From: a virus
DNA: 64,000 nt
Strand: one strand, 5' to 3'
IMG/VR virus record: IMGVR_UViG_3300036790_000500
Span: 32,001 to 96,000 of that record
Below the pieces are notes generated by a model that made no database searches, was not told the DNA's origin, and worked only from the letters and a program-made list of their open reading frames with translations. Made by a program: the position numbers and the translations under genes. Positions 29,930-40,273 of the stretch are shown piece after piece; the stretch's first letter is position 1, and each line of letters opens with the position of its first letter.

Positions 29930-30247
29930 ATGGCGCTCGGCGGCATCATCATTTACATCCAGAACCTGCAGGACGCGACGCCTCCTGCGCCTCCCGTAGT
30001 CCCGTCTCGGCTCTTTAATCGCAGAAATTGGCTCTATCGTCCGAGACGCGGAATGATGGTGTCTGGGCGTCAGCCAGCGAGTGTGCCGACCGGCATGTTC
30101 ATTGGCTCCGCCGCAGTCACGCGGACACGATGCACGCCGCTGAAGAAAACGTTCGTGATTACGACCACAGACAGCCTAGACATCGGTGGCGACGTGATGA
30201 CCTCGGCCGTCGGTCCGAGCGGTTGCATCTCAAGGTCCGGTCCCTAA
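29930..30247 (+). CDS. Hypothetical protein
   Basis: Fills the gap between structural genes. Confidence 0.5.
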   Translation: MALGGIIIYIQNLQDATPPAPPVVPSRLFNRRNWLYRPRRGMMVSGRQPASVPTGMFIGSAAVTRTRCTPLKKTFVITTTDSLDIGGDVMTSAVGPSGCISRSGP

Positions 30248-30249
30248 CA

Positions 30250-32304
30250 ATGAGACTCAGTAAGACCGTCTTCACATCATCGATTTACCTTGATGGAGCA
30301 ATTTCCACGGGACGTCGATACGAGGTCGCGAAGTACAACGCTAAACTCCTCGGCCTATCTGCGAATTCGATTGGAATTCCTCCGGGTCCATCGACCGTGG
30401 TCGTCGATGCCGTGTCGACAGGCACGCTGACGAGCCCCTCGTGGACCCATGCGTCGGTCGGCTTCAACCAAGCGTTCGTTGGGATGTCGCTCTCGGCCAG
30501 TTTCTACGAGGCGAAGGAACTCAACTACTACTTCTCCGGTACCGAGGTCCTGGAGCAGACCCCTGCTCCAGTGAGCGCCCAACTCTATTACTCGAAGCAG
30601 ACCAAACTTCAGACAATCATCATCAAGCACACGGCGTCGTTCCTTGACACAGTTGTTCCGGTCGGCTCCCAGTTTTCCGGCGTCTTCAACACGTACACTC
30701 CAAGAAGTTTTTTTCCAGGAACCGGAACGCTCTGTTATCCGAATACGAACCCGAACTTCGGGTTGCCCGATGTCATCGGACCCACGAAGTTCTTCCTTAA
30801 CGTGCCGCAGTCAGGCAAACTGGTCGACATTAAGGTCTGGATTGAGTTCGTTCAGGCGAGTGCTTCGGGGCTTATCGGAAACTCTCCGCTCGCTAACGTG
30901 GCCATCTCGCTTCGCAGTCCGAACGTGAGTTGGAACGGCGCTCTCGGTTTTGGCCACGCGCATCCCATTCTGAACAATTCGACGCTCATAAACCAAATCG
31001 GTAATTTAAACGGGGTTGTCTTTCCTAACGCTGAACTCTATGCGAATTCGTTTCTGCTGTGGGAGGGAAGGAACCAGACCCCCTCGGCTCCCTTCGGTCT
31101 TATAAACTGGCCGGGCGGCGGCCGCGTCTCAGACCTTCCGACATGGGATTACGACCGCGGAATGCGCGTCGTCTTCTCCGATGGAGGGATTAACAATCCG
31201 CGACGACTAACTCTTGATGTCTCCACTTCAGGAAACTTCGTTGGTTCGCCGAACTCATCCGGAAGCACTGTGACCGGCAGCGCGTGGGGCGCCGGTGTCC
31301 CCTGGACGTCTGATGTGACCGCCGTATCCGCTAGTCACACCGCCTCGGGCTCACCGCCACCCGGCTGGCTGACGGGACCGGGCGGAGTCGCGAGCGTCAA
31401 TGAGTGGCCGACGACGGGAGTCAATTACGGTGCGAACTACCTGCAACCGGTGTACCCGCTTCTTGACCCCATTCTCGTGAAAAAGAGAATGACGGGAGTA
31501 GGATTCTCGTATGATGACACCGGAAATTACGCAAATCCCCAGGTTTCCATGGCTCAAATTCCGACGCCGTCGGCGTGGCTGGGTGCTCGCCCCGGGCTAA
31601 GGGGTTCAGAAATTAGCGGCACTTGGGTGTTGATGTTTTCCGAGATTGGCTATGCATGGTACGATGGAAATTGGGCCGCCACAGGAACGATTTTCTTCCG
31701 TCAGGCTCGCCTCGAGATTACGTACGAGACACCGCAGTGGACGGCCCCGGCACGCGTTAGACGCACCAGTGCCGGAGCCCAAGCGATTGGAGAAACGTCG
31801 TATAAGTACGAAATCTCTGGGACTGACACGATTTGCTGTAATTTTTTTGACTTGCAATACGAATATCCGTTTAATCCGATTGGCGGCTACTTTACCAGTA
31901 AGACCGTGACGGAGGTCTGGGTGAATCCGCCGCCGCTGGCTCAGGTCGGGCGAACGTTCGGGGTCACATACAACACTGGGTCTACAGGCGCCGGCGCGAA
32001 CTGGGCCTTGCTCTATCGCTTGAGCGGCACGCTTGCGGGAATCTCCGGGTCCGTTCCAGGATGGCTTACGAACGCCGACCCGTCCGGCATGCCTAGCATT
32101 CCAGTGTCGTCCGCCTCCCTGGCTCCGCCGTCGAACTCATCGAGCATCGACTCGAGCCTGGTCGCAAGCGCTGCCACTTTCATCTCCCCTCCGAAGACCC
32201 TCGATGGCGCTCGAAGCCTGTCCCTGGTCGCGCAGGACATCAATCCCACCAAGTCGCTGCCCCAGTTGGCCGTCGACTTCGTCTCCGGAACGACCGGGGG
32301 CTGA
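30250..32304 (+). CDS. Virion structural protein with proprotein-convertase P-domain-like elements
   Basis: GKLVDIKVWIEF...ISLRSP and GLRGSEISGTWVL; start ATG 3 nt after the upstream stop. Confidence 0.6.
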   Translation: MRLSKTVFTSSIYLDGAISTGRRYEVAKYNAKLLGLSANSIGIPPGPSTVVVDAVSTGTLTSPSWTHASVGFNQAFVGMSLSASFYEAKELNYYFSGTEVLEQTPAPVSAQLYYSKQTKLQTIIIKHTASFLDTVVPVGSQFSGVFNTYTPRSFFPGTGTLCYPNTNPNFGLPDVIGPTKFFLNVPQSGKLVDIKVWIEFVQASASGLIGNSPLANVAISLRSPNVSWNGALGFGHAHPILNNSTLINQIGNLNGVVFPNAELYANSFLLWEGRNQTPSAPFGLINWPGGGRVSDLPTWDYDRGMRVVFSDGGINNPRRLTLDVSTSGNFVGSPNSSGSTVTGSAWGAGVPWTSDVTAVSASHTASGSPPPGWLTGPGGVASVNEWPTTGVNYGANYLQPVYPLLDPILVKKRMTGVGFSYDDTGNYANPQVSMAQIPTPSAWLGARPGLRGSEISGTWVLMFSEIGYAWYDGNWAATGTIFFRQARLEITYETPQWTAPARVRRTSAGAQAIGETSYKYEISGTDTICCNFFDLQYEYPFNPIGGYFTSKTVTEVWVNPPPLAQVGRTFGVTYNTGSTGAGANWALLYRLSGTLAGISGSVPGWLTNADPSGMPSIPVSSASLAPPSNSSSIDSSLVASAATFISPPKTLDGARSLSLVAQDINPTKSLPQLAVDFVSGTTGG

Positions 32305-32334
32305 GATTGTCTTCCGATGCAACTAATTGATTGA

Positions 32335-32961
32335 ATGGGGTTCCTGGATAAGAAGAGCCGGGTGATTGACGTCGCGCTCACCGAGCGCGGACGGGAACTC
32401 TATGCCCTTGGGCAACTCGATTTCGCTTACTTCGGGCTCTTTGATGACGGCATCGATTACGACCCCTGGACCACCGGCAGTTTCTCTGACACTGACATTC
32501 AAGAGCAAATCGAGGCATTTCCGATGCTCGAGGCCCCGCTCGTGCGGGACGTCCGAGGCGCCACGGCTCCCCTCGAGCCCATCGACCACCTCTTCACAGC
32601 CGCGGCCGGGTACACCGAGATACCGTACATGGACAACCCCCTGGACGGCTCCACAGTGAGTCTACAGGCCGACCAGCGGGGGAGTGCCGGCACATACCGG
32701 AGGACCGGCACGAGCCTCGCTCAGATAAGCATGCACATCAACGGCGAGGTCGAGGCAGGGAACCCCGGTTACCTCGTTCGCGTCTACGCCAGCGGCTCCA
32801 CCGGCATCCAGGCGCTCGACCTTCGATGGGACCTGACCGGTCGTCGCTCCTATGACCCTTTCATCGCGGTCGTCGTTGACGATGAGAGGTCCGTCGACGT
32901 CGCCACCGTCGCGAATCCGAGTTCACGCCGAGCCTTCGTTTCACCGAGAATCAAGCGATGA
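32335..32961 (+). CDS. Tail/baseplate structural protein (paralog of 39353)
   Basis: IDVALTERGRELYALG..F..F.LFDDGIDY. Confidence 0.7.
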   Translation: MGFLDKKSRVIDVALTERGRELYALGQLDFAYFGLFDDGIDYDPWTTGSFSDTDIQEQIEAFPMLEAPLVRDVRGATAPLEPIDHLFTAAAGYTEIPYMDNPLDGSTVSLQADQRGSAGTYRRTGTSLAQISMHINGEVEAGNPGYLVRVYASGSTGIQALDLRWDLTGRRSYDPFIAVVVDDERSVDVATVANPSSRRAFVSPRIKR

Positions 32962-35678
32962 TTACGAAGTTGCCGGCCGGCGTTCCCGGTGTTCCCTCCG
33001 CGACGGCTTTGAAGACCGCCGTTGGAGCGCTCGCGTCGAACGCCGTCGCGGAGGTCTCGGCGATTCGCAATGCGTTCACGACGAGGGTCTCGCCCGTCCT
33101 GACGGTGGGCTCGGGCTCGGTCTCCACGTTTTTGGGAGCGCTTTCGGTTCGGGTCAGCAGCACGCTCGCCACGAACATTATCAACTCGACGGCCGACATG
33201 GGCGTCGCCTCCTCACCCGTCGGCAGTATCGTTTCCCCGCCCGCGCCTGAACTCGATTTCGTGCGCATCGGTAACGGACAGAAGCGCGGTCGAGGCACCC
33301 TCGATTCGTTCTATGCGAAGGTCGTGGTCTCACTGACCCAGGCCGACGCCGCCGAGGCCTCGTACGTTCGCATCCTGCGAGCCAGCAACGGAGTCTTGTC
33401 GAGCGCGCCGTCTCCCGGCTTCTCGGCGATGATTGACGCGATGCCGGCCACGGTGTCTCGCAAGAACACTGACTGCGTTGCGCAGACGGCCTTTCGTGCC
33501 GCTGCCGTCGGCGTCGGTAATAGACTGACAACGGCGGTTCACGACGATGTATTCACGGGGACACGCGTCGTAGTCGCCTCCGCTAGCCTCCGCCCGCTTC
33601 CCACCCCGGTGAATACGAATAGGACGACGAGCAGTCCGGCCGGCCTGGTCACGCTGGCGAACGCCGACCGAAGCGTTCTCGAGAACGTCACTTTCTATGT
33701 GAACCAGCGCTCATCGACCATTCCGGGCCAGTTGCAACTCCCGCTTCAGGTAGTCAGCAAGCAGGGCATGAACGTCCTACAGGGGTCCGGCGTCTCGTCG
33801 GCCTCACCGATTGTGCAGGCCTCCAACGCAGCGGGCTTCGCTGAGGTCGCTCGTCTCACGGTGGCCAATCGCCCGACCGTCGGCGGCTACGTGGAACTCG
33901 AGTGGACCGACGGGGCGGTGACATACGGCTCCAGTTACAGTTACTACGCCGTCGTTGGCAACTCGCTCGGTCTCGAGGGGCCGCGCTCCCGCATCATCAA
34001 GGCGGACGTGATTCGCGTCGTGCCTCCCAAGGCGCCCGTGACCCTGTTCTCCGTCATCTCGGATGAGCCGAGGTTCTCACTGGTCTGCTCGGGTTCGTTC
34101 CTCGACCACATCGAGGTGTTTCGTCGGGGCGGAAAGCCGCCCCAGACCGTCCCCCTTCTGAACACCGCGCAGGCGGCCTTTGATGAGGGTCCGCCAGTCA
34201 CGACGGACTCAGGGTATTACCACATCGGTGACGTCGGCTTGGGAATCGACCGCTCGGCTGTGTACGTCGACACGGACGTCCTCGCCGGTCAGGCCTACGA
34301 CTATCGCATCTTCACCGTCGATTCGTTCGGGTTCAAGTCATCGACCCCGTTCTCATGCTCAATCACCCTGCCGGACTACGGCTCCCGTGCCCCCTTGGCC
34401 CTGCCGGCGATTACCGCGGAGCAGTCACAGGGAGGCGAGGCCGTGACAGTGACGCTCGCCGCAGACGACGACCGTGTGACGTCCTTCATTGTCTCGCGAA
34501 TCGAATGTAAGACGCATGAGGAAGCCTTTCGGTCACCGACCACGCCCTCGTACTTCACCCTAGGAACCCCAAGGAGCGCCAAGCGCTTTCGTTCACGCAG
34601 CGGTCCGTCCCTCGACCGAAACTCGTCGAAGGCCTGGACCGGAGTTCTTACGGCCGTCTCGGGAGCGGCACAGTTCGTCGACCAAGCCGTGACATTCGAC
34701 CGCGTCTATCAGTACGCTGTGAAGTCCGTCGACGTCCGCGGCAACACGACAACGTCCGTGCTCTCCGCGCCGGTGATGGTCGCCGTTAAGCCGGTCTCCG
34801 ACAGCCCCGTCGCTGTGACCGCCGCAGTCGTCCTCGAACCGACGACCGGTGCACCGACGGCCGTGACCGTTGCATGGGGCGCGGGCACGAACGACTTCTC
34901 GCCGAATGACCTAATCGGAGACCAGGACGTGTTGGCGTCCACGGCCCAACGCTCCGTCTATCAGGTGGAGCGCCGTGCCATCGGCGCCAGCAAGTGGGAG
35001 GTCATGCCGGCGACGACCGACCTGAGTTTCTCTGACCCTGTTTCGACCGCGCCAGCGCCTAAGTTTCGGCCGCCGTACGCCGCCGTTAACCTCGAGTACG
35101 ACTACCGCGTCATCGCGATGCAGAGTGGAGCGTACCTGAGCACCTATACCGACCCGGTTCGAATCGTTGTGGCACCCGGAATCACTGCGCCTCCAATTCT
35201 GTATGTGAGGTCCACGCCGAGTTCGGTTCGACCGGTTGTACTCGCAGTCTCTTGGAGGTATGACGGTCAGTTCGTCGACCAATGGGAGATTCAGCGTGCC
35301 GTTACGAACAAAATCTACGGCTCTAAAATATTCTCCATGGCGTCAGCCGATGCCCAGTCCCTTGACTACCAGTGGTTTGCCACCGTTCCTCGTGAAGCGA
35401 GCCAGGGAGTGGGGGTGAGCGCCGAAGCGGTCCCGTTGCCAACGACCGTTGTTCCGGGAAACAGGTTCGTTCTTGACCCCTGGGTGTCGCTCGCGAACTC
35501 ATACTTCTATCGAGTGCGCGCTCTCGACGCGAACGGAAACCCGTCCGCGTGGACGTACGGCGGAATCCAACTCACGGACTCTCCGTTCGATAGGAAGTTC
35601 ATGAGTTCCCTCACGGCGGCTCAGAAGTCCTCGATGGCCACCGACCCCCGACCTGTCTCCGACTGGAAGGAAGCATGA
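32958..35678 (+). CDS. Large virion protein with fibronectin type III-like repeats
   Basis: Repeated D...G..Y.Y.V/I.A/S strands (YSYYAV, YDYRIFTVD, YQYAVKSVD, YDYRVIA, YFYRVRALD). Confidence 0.7.
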   Translation: MITKLPAGVPGVPSATALKTAVGALASNAVAEVSAIRNAFTTRVSPVLTVGSGSVSTFLGALSVRVSSTLATNIINSTADMGVASSPVGSIVSPPAPELDFVRIGNGQKRGRGTLDSFYAKVVVSLTQADAAEASYVRILRASNGVLSSAPSPGFSAMIDAMPATVSRKNTDCVAQTAFRAAAVGVGNRLTTAVHDDVFTGTRVVVASASLRPLPTPVNTNRTTSSPAGLVTLANADRSVLENVTFYVNQRSSTIPGQLQLPLQVVSKQGMNVLQGSGVSSASPIVQASNAAGFAEVARLTVANRPTVGGYVELEWTDGAVTYGSSYSYYAVVGNSLGLEGPRSRIIKADVIRVVPPKAPVTLFSVISDEPRFSLVCSGSFLDHIEVFRRGGKPPQTVPLLNTAQAAFDEGPPVTTDSGYYHIGDVGLGIDRSAVYVDTDVLAGQAYDYRIFTVDSFGFKSSTPFSCSITLPDYGSRAPLALPAITAEQSQGGEAVTVTLAADDDRVTSFIVSRIECKTHEEAFRSPTTPSYFTLGTPRSAKRFRSRSGPSLDRNSSKAWTGVLTAVSGAAQFVDQAVTFDRVYQYAVKSVDVRGNTTTSVLSAPVMVAVKPVSDSPVAVTAAVVLEPTTGAPTAVTVAWGAGTNDFSPNDLIGDQDVLASTAQRSVYQVERRAIGASKWEVMPATTDLSFSDPVSTAPAPKFRPPYAAVNLEYDYRVIAMQSGAYLSTYTDPVRIVVAPGITAPPILYVRSTPSSVRPVVLAVSWRYDGQFVDQWEIQRAVTNKIYGSKIFSMASADAQSLDYQWFATVPREASQGVGVSAEAVPLPTTVVPGNRFVLDPWVSLANSYFYRVRALDANGNPSAWTYGGIQLTDSPFDRKFMSSLTAAQKSSMATDPRPVSDWKEA

Positions 35679-37513
35679 CCACTTTCATCGGAAAGGGGTC
35701 TGCCACCGACTCACAAGTCACGACTTCAGCGGGAACGGTCGGTTCAACCTTTGGAAACCGTCCGCCGGCCGGCCCGGTCTTCACGGCCACGGCGACCTCC
35801 GAGAACGTCACCCAGCAACTCGCAGACGTTCTCAAGGGCCTCGGTGACAACGGCTCGGACCTCGTCGTAAACGCGTACCTCTCCTCGTGCACGTTCGTGG
35901 CGCAGGCCCTGAACATCGATTGGAACGTGAACAGCGGAGCGACCGTTGGCCAGACCGCAGACCTCATGCGGGCCGCGGTCGTCACACGCTTTCAGGAAGC
36001 CGCCCCCATCATCGCCGCTGCAGCGAGCCAGGGATACGTGTTGCCGGCCGACCCAACGCCGACGTTCAATGCCATCAACGCGACGCGGGCCCTCTTCGCT
36101 CAGTTGACGATTAGTGACGACGTGTCCACTCAACTCAGCGAGGCGGCCATTGGCCTCAGCCAGGTCGTGGCGGCCTATCAGGCCGGAACGATAACGTTCA
36201 ATCGGAGCCAACCGGCCGCACAATTATCTTCGTTTGAGGTCTCAGTCGATGGAATGACTTCGCCGTCCGGTGACGCGCTCGCCGACGTACTGGGATACCA
36301 GCCCGATGCTAACATCGTGAAGCAGCAGGCCGCCCTGTCGTCACTCGCCGGACTCGACTTCAGTAAGCGCCAGCCGTACCTGCTCTTTACCGCCGATGTC
36401 ATCACGAACGGAAAGAGACAGAATGGAACAATCGTTGCCTGGCAGGTGATGCATGACGCGTCTGCCTACAGCGTCGTTCGCACCGACGTCTTCGGTCAGG
36501 TCACGTACCCCGCGATTACGCTGGCCAATGCGGACGTCCAGGCCTCGACGGCCCAGTTGCTAACCGACAACAACTTTCAACAGGTCCTCTCGTATTACGA
36601 CTGGATTACGCCGTCGAACGTCTATGCGTTCGTCGATAGCGGCACGATGCCGAACACGCTCTACTCGTATACCGTAACGGGCCTGCAAGCGATTGCACCC
36701 TCGTCCCCGTTCCTGTTCAACGTTCCCATGAGCGCTCTCTACTTGTCCGCCGCCCAGGCGGCCCAGGTCCAGGCCCTGATAGCGGCCGACCTGACGGAGT
36801 TCGCTGACTCGGGTTCAATCAATTCCGTTAGTCCGTATCCGGCCCTCGCCCAGGCGGTGTATGGCGATTCCAGTCTGGGTTGGATTCTGGCGGGAGTAAA
36901 CGTGCAGGCCAGCCAGACCCGCGGCGACGACTACGACGCGACCCTCCTGTTGACGTACATGGGTGCCCAGGCCACGGACATAATCCAAGAGGCCGCGGCC
37001 GGCCGCCTGTTCGTCCCGAACGACATCAACTCCGTCCATGCGAACGTCGATGCCGCGATTTCCTCGTATGGGGTCTCCCAGACGCTCTTGGCGGTCTTGG
37101 ATGCGACCGGCATGACGCTGTTCATTTCGGGTAAGGACGACCCATTGGGTTCGCAGCCGACCGTTGAGGCACTCGCGGACGCCACTGGCGGCCTCGCTAA
37201 GGTGCTGTCAGCCATCGACCCGCAGACGGCCACATTGGACCCACAGGTCTTGGCTGCGGCCCTATCCGTTCCCACCACTGATTCCGCCGCTAAGTCCTAT
37301 ACTTTCCAGGAGGTTTCGTCCGGCGCGCCCACGGCCGTTCACACGTTCCAGTTCGGTGTGAACGCCGGGTCTTCGCCTCCAGTCGCGGTCGCTCCCTCTC
37401 TCTCTTCTGTTCTTGGAACGCAGACCATCGACCTTACGACCTACATTGGCATTTCCTCTCTGATGCAGTTGCTGAGGACCGTGTACGACTTCTATCCGGG
37501 GTCATTGACTTAA
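35675..37513 (+). CDS. Virion structural protein
   Basis: 612-aa A/S/T-rich ORF in the tail cluster; one FN3-like motif (FVDSG..PNTLYSYTV). Confidence 0.65.
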   Translation: MTTFIGKGSATDSQVTTSAGTVGSTFGNRPPAGPVFTATATSENVTQQLADVLKGLGDNGSDLVVNAYLSSCTFVAQALNIDWNVNSGATVGQTADLMRAAVVTRFQEAAPIIAAAASQGYVLPADPTPTFNAINATRALFAQLTISDDVSTQLSEAAIGLSQVVAAYQAGTITFNRSQPAAQLSSFEVSVDGMTSPSGDALADVLGYQPDANIVKQQAALSSLAGLDFSKRQPYLLFTADVITNGKRQNGTIVAWQVMHDASAYSVVRTDVFGQVTYPAITLANADVQASTAQLLTDNNFQQVLSYYDWITPSNVYAFVDSGTMPNTLYSYTVTGLQAIAPSSPFLFNVPMSALYLSAAQAAQVQALIAADLTEFADSGSINSVSPYPALAQAVYGDSSLGWILAGVNVQASQTRGDDYDATLLLTYMGAQATDIIQEAAAGRLFVPNDINSVHANVDAAISSYGVSQTLLAVLDATGMTLFISGKDDPLGSQPTVEALADATGGLAKVLSAIDPQTATLDPQVLAAALSVPTTDSAAKSYTFQEVSSGAPTAVHTFQFGVNAGSSPPVAVAPSLSSVLGTQTIDLTTYIGISSLMQLLRTVYDFYPGSLT

Positions 37514-37514
37514 G

Positions 37515-39326
37515 ATGCCGCGCAAGTTCATACTGGGACTCGGGGCGCTCGCGCCGGCGGCCCTATCGGCCAACGTCGGTGGTGTGCAAGCCACGATTCT
37601 CACCGGTTCCATCCTCAATGGAATCACGAGCGTCCTCTCGACGAACAACTCCCAGATAGTCACGCAACTCGGCTCGAGCGCCGGCAATCAAACGCAAAAT
37701 GCAGTCTCCTCCGAGAGCAGCACGACTGCCTATCACTCGACCCTGTTCGAGGACTTCGGTGTGGAGGCGACGCCGACTTACAACTTCTATACGCCTGACG
37801 AACAGACCAATGCCCAGGCGAACCCCTCTGCGAGTCTCGCGGACCTTCCGCGTTACGTCACGGTGACATGGAACCCGACGCCGGTCCAACGCATCCTCAC
37901 GCCGGCCGTGAAGGGAGTCCGCAGTTACGGGGGCCACGGTCCGGTGCTGCCCGCCATTCCCATCTCGACCGCGAAGAGGTCCGTGAGCAACGGCTACGTG
38001 TCCCCGGGAGCGGTGCAGGCGCTGCTCGTTCCACCCGTTCAGGCACCCACACCGCCGACTTTCAGTGAGGACCTCTTCCTCGCCGACCCGACCGCAGGTG
38101 GCCTCAGCGCGGCCGCGGCGATAGACAGCGGCTCACTCTACCACACGCCGGCGGTCACTCCACCGTCCCTACGCATCCGGGTCAACTTCGTCGACCCGTC
38201 CATCGCCGGTGCCCTCAATTCGAATCGAATCGCCGTTGCGACCGACCAGGTCCACCTAACCTCCCTCGGTTCACTCTCGAAACTCATGGGAGGCCTCGAG
38301 GTCATCTCTGAGTTCAATCAGGACGTTCCCCTTAGGAACCCGATTCCGAAGTTTCCGACGCCGACCCAGACCCCGGGGCTGGCCTACGTCGGTTACGTCC
38401 TCGAGAGGTATACCCTAGACGTCAGCGGCTCCATGACGCTAACCAAGACCGTGGACCTCGACGACGCGACCGACGACAACTACGTCGATAGAGAGGTCAC
38501 CTACGGTGCGAACTACACGTATCGGATTCGCACCGTGGTCCAGTGGACCCACGCGGCCAACGTGGACTTTCCGGGCTCCTCAAGCCTCGTGTTGCTCCCG
38601 GCGTTCGACACCTCGGCCGGCTCCAACGGCCAGCAGTCATCGTTCTACGCGGGTCAGTGGTCCGACTGGTCACGGGTCCAGGTGCTTGATACCTCAACTC
38701 CGTCCTATCCAGACGAGTTTACCGTTCGTCCGGTCTCACCGCTCGGACAGGTTCACGTCTCTTGGAAGATGCCCGCGGACCCACAGCAGGACCTCTCCTC
38801 CCTGTATCTCCTACGGGCAACTCTTGTCCGCGGTCGGCTCTCCGATTGGGTCCAGGTCGGCCAGTTCGTGCCCGGAAACGGGCTCTACGTCGATTCCCAC
38901 GTGGCTCCCTTCGAGGAGAGCCACACGAGTTACGTGTACTCGATGTACTCGGTGAGTTACCACGGTGCCTTCTCGACCCTCTGTGAGAAAGTACAGGTCC
39001 GACTGACCGACCGATACAAGTACATCGGGGAGGAGCCGCTCGTCCTGCTCGGACCGGCCGGGGACGACCCGTTCGACCCGGCCTCCGGAGCGGCCCCTCC
39101 GCCCGTGACTGAACTTGTTGCGGCCTCCCGAGCGGTCTTTTACGTCCGCGGAGCCAGCAGCACCCTTCCGCTCTTTGGAAGGACGTATACCGTTGAGATT
39201 CAATCGCTCTCGACAGGGGAGCGGGCCGAGGTGACCCTCGAGGTCGACACGACGGACGTAGACCAAGTCCCCGCCCCGTCGACTCCGACTCCGGTCGTGG
39301 CCGTCGGGCGTTCGCCCTCCACCTAA
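37515..39326 (+). CDS. Virion structural protein, FN3-like
   Basis: YVDREVTYGANYTYRIR, VHVSW, YVD...YVYSM. Confidence 0.65.
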   Translation: MPRKFILGLGALAPAALSANVGGVQATILTGSILNGITSVLSTNNSQIVTQLGSSAGNQTQNAVSSESSTTAYHSTLFEDFGVEATPTYNFYTPDEQTNAQANPSASLADLPRYVTVTWNPTPVQRILTPAVKGVRSYGGHGPVLPAIPISTAKRSVSNGYVSPGAVQALLVPPVQAPTPPTFSEDLFLADPTAGGLSAAAAIDSGSLYHTPAVTPPSLRIRVNFVDPSIAGALNSNRIAVATDQVHLTSLGSLSKLMGGLEVISEFNQDVPLRNPIPKFPTPTQTPGLAYVGYVLERYTLDVSGSMTLTKTVDLDDATDDNYVDREVTYGANYTYRIRTVVQWTHAANVDFPGSSSLVLLPAFDTSAGSNGQQSSFYAGQWSDWSRVQVLDTSTPSYPDEFTVRPVSPLGQVHVSWKMPADPQQDLSSLYLLRATLVRGRLSDWVQVGQFVPGNGLYVDSHVAPFEESHTSYVYSMYSVSYHGAFSTLCEKVQVRLTDRYKYIGEEPLVLLGPAGDDPFDPASGAAPPPVTELVAASRAVFYVRGASSTLPLFGRTYTVEIQSLSTGERAEVTLEVDTTDVDQVPAPSTPTPVVAVGRSPST

Positions 39327-39329
39327 GTA
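39323..39329 (+). promoter_or_regulatory. Putative late promoter CTAAGTA
   Basis: Recurrent motif overlapping the upstream stop codon. Confidence 0.35.
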
Positions 39330-39352
39330 CACTGACCAGACAGGGAGACACT

Positions 39353-40066
39353 GTGGGATACAACGACAACACTACCGACTTCTTCATCGATTCCTGCCTC
39401 ACGGACCAGGGTCGACAACTGCTGGCACGCAACGACGGCAGTTTCTCAATCTCGAGGTTTCGCCTCGGTGACGACGAGGTGGACTATCGAAACTGGAACG
39501 AGTTGACCGGCTCGGACAACAAGGACCAGAAGATTCTCGATACCCCTGTCTTCGAGGCCTTCGCCAACGAAACAATCGCTCTGCGAAACCCGCTCGTGAC
39601 GATTCGAAACGCCTCCCTTCAGTTCCTTCCCAGCATGGTAGCGAACCCGAGCCAGGCGGCCCTGAAGGACCGAACGGACGCGACCGGCGGCGGCGTGGCC
39701 GTCACGGTCTCGCAGCAGACCACGCAGTCCCAGGCGGTCATTCCGGCCGAACTCGTAGATTTCAGTTACATCGTGCAGGCCGACAACGACCTGATTTACG
39801 TGGCCGACGAGAGCCCCGTGGCCATCACGGCCTTCGGTGCGGCGCGGTACATCGTTCCAGCGGCGTCCGGCCAGTCCACCGCGGCCAACGGCTCCCAGTG
39901 CGTCTTCACCCTTCGCGTACAGACCCTGAACTCGAGCATCTTCGACATCCTGGCGGGCGCCTCGACGCCCCAGCCGCGGACCATCAATACGACGGTCACC
40001 GTGACCGGCCAGCAGAGCGGACTCAGCGCACAGATTCCGGTCAGCATCCTTGAGTTCGTGAGTTAA
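39353..40066 (+). CDS. Tail/baseplate structural protein (paralog of 32335)
   Basis: IDSCLTDQGRQLLA...ISRFRLGDDEVDY...PVFEAF; SD AGGGAG. Confidence 0.75.
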   Translation: MGYNDNTTDFFIDSCLTDQGRQLLARNDGSFSISRFRLGDDEVDYRNWNELTGSDNKDQKILDTPVFEAFANETIALRNPLVTIRNASLQFLPSMVANPSQAALKDRTDATGGGVAVTVSQQTTQSQAVIPAELVDFSYIVQADNDLIYVADESPVAITAFGAARYIVPAASGQSTAANGSQCVFTLRVQTLNSSIFDILAGASTPQPRTINTTVTVTGQQSGLSAQIPVSILEFVS

Positions 40067-40069
40067 GGC

Positions 40070-40255
40070 ATGAAGGCTCGGACCTGCGAGACTTGTGGAA
40101 CGGAGTATCCGGAGGGGGCCGGACTACACACCTGTTCCATGGAGTGCGGCATGGGACACCATGTTATTTACGCGAATCATTATGTTTTGACGAGAGTATT
40201 CGGGCTTGACCTCTCGCCAGGCAGTCTCAACGTTGCAGTTGAGGAAGTTGTCTAA
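40070..40255 (+). CDS. Small Cys/His-rich hypothetical protein
   Basis: CETC...HTC...C; fills the gap. Confidence 0.5.
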   Translation: MKARTCETCGTEYPEGAGLHTCSMECGMGHHVIYANHYVLTRVFGLDLSPGSLNVAVEEVV

Positions 40256-40273
40256 GCCTAGGAGATTATTACA

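Noticed and set aside
28474-30018. 514-aa alternative + frame ORF
   Set aside because: Arg/His/Gly-rich shadow of a high-GC3 gene; the overlapping frame 28409-29926 carries the real internal duplication.
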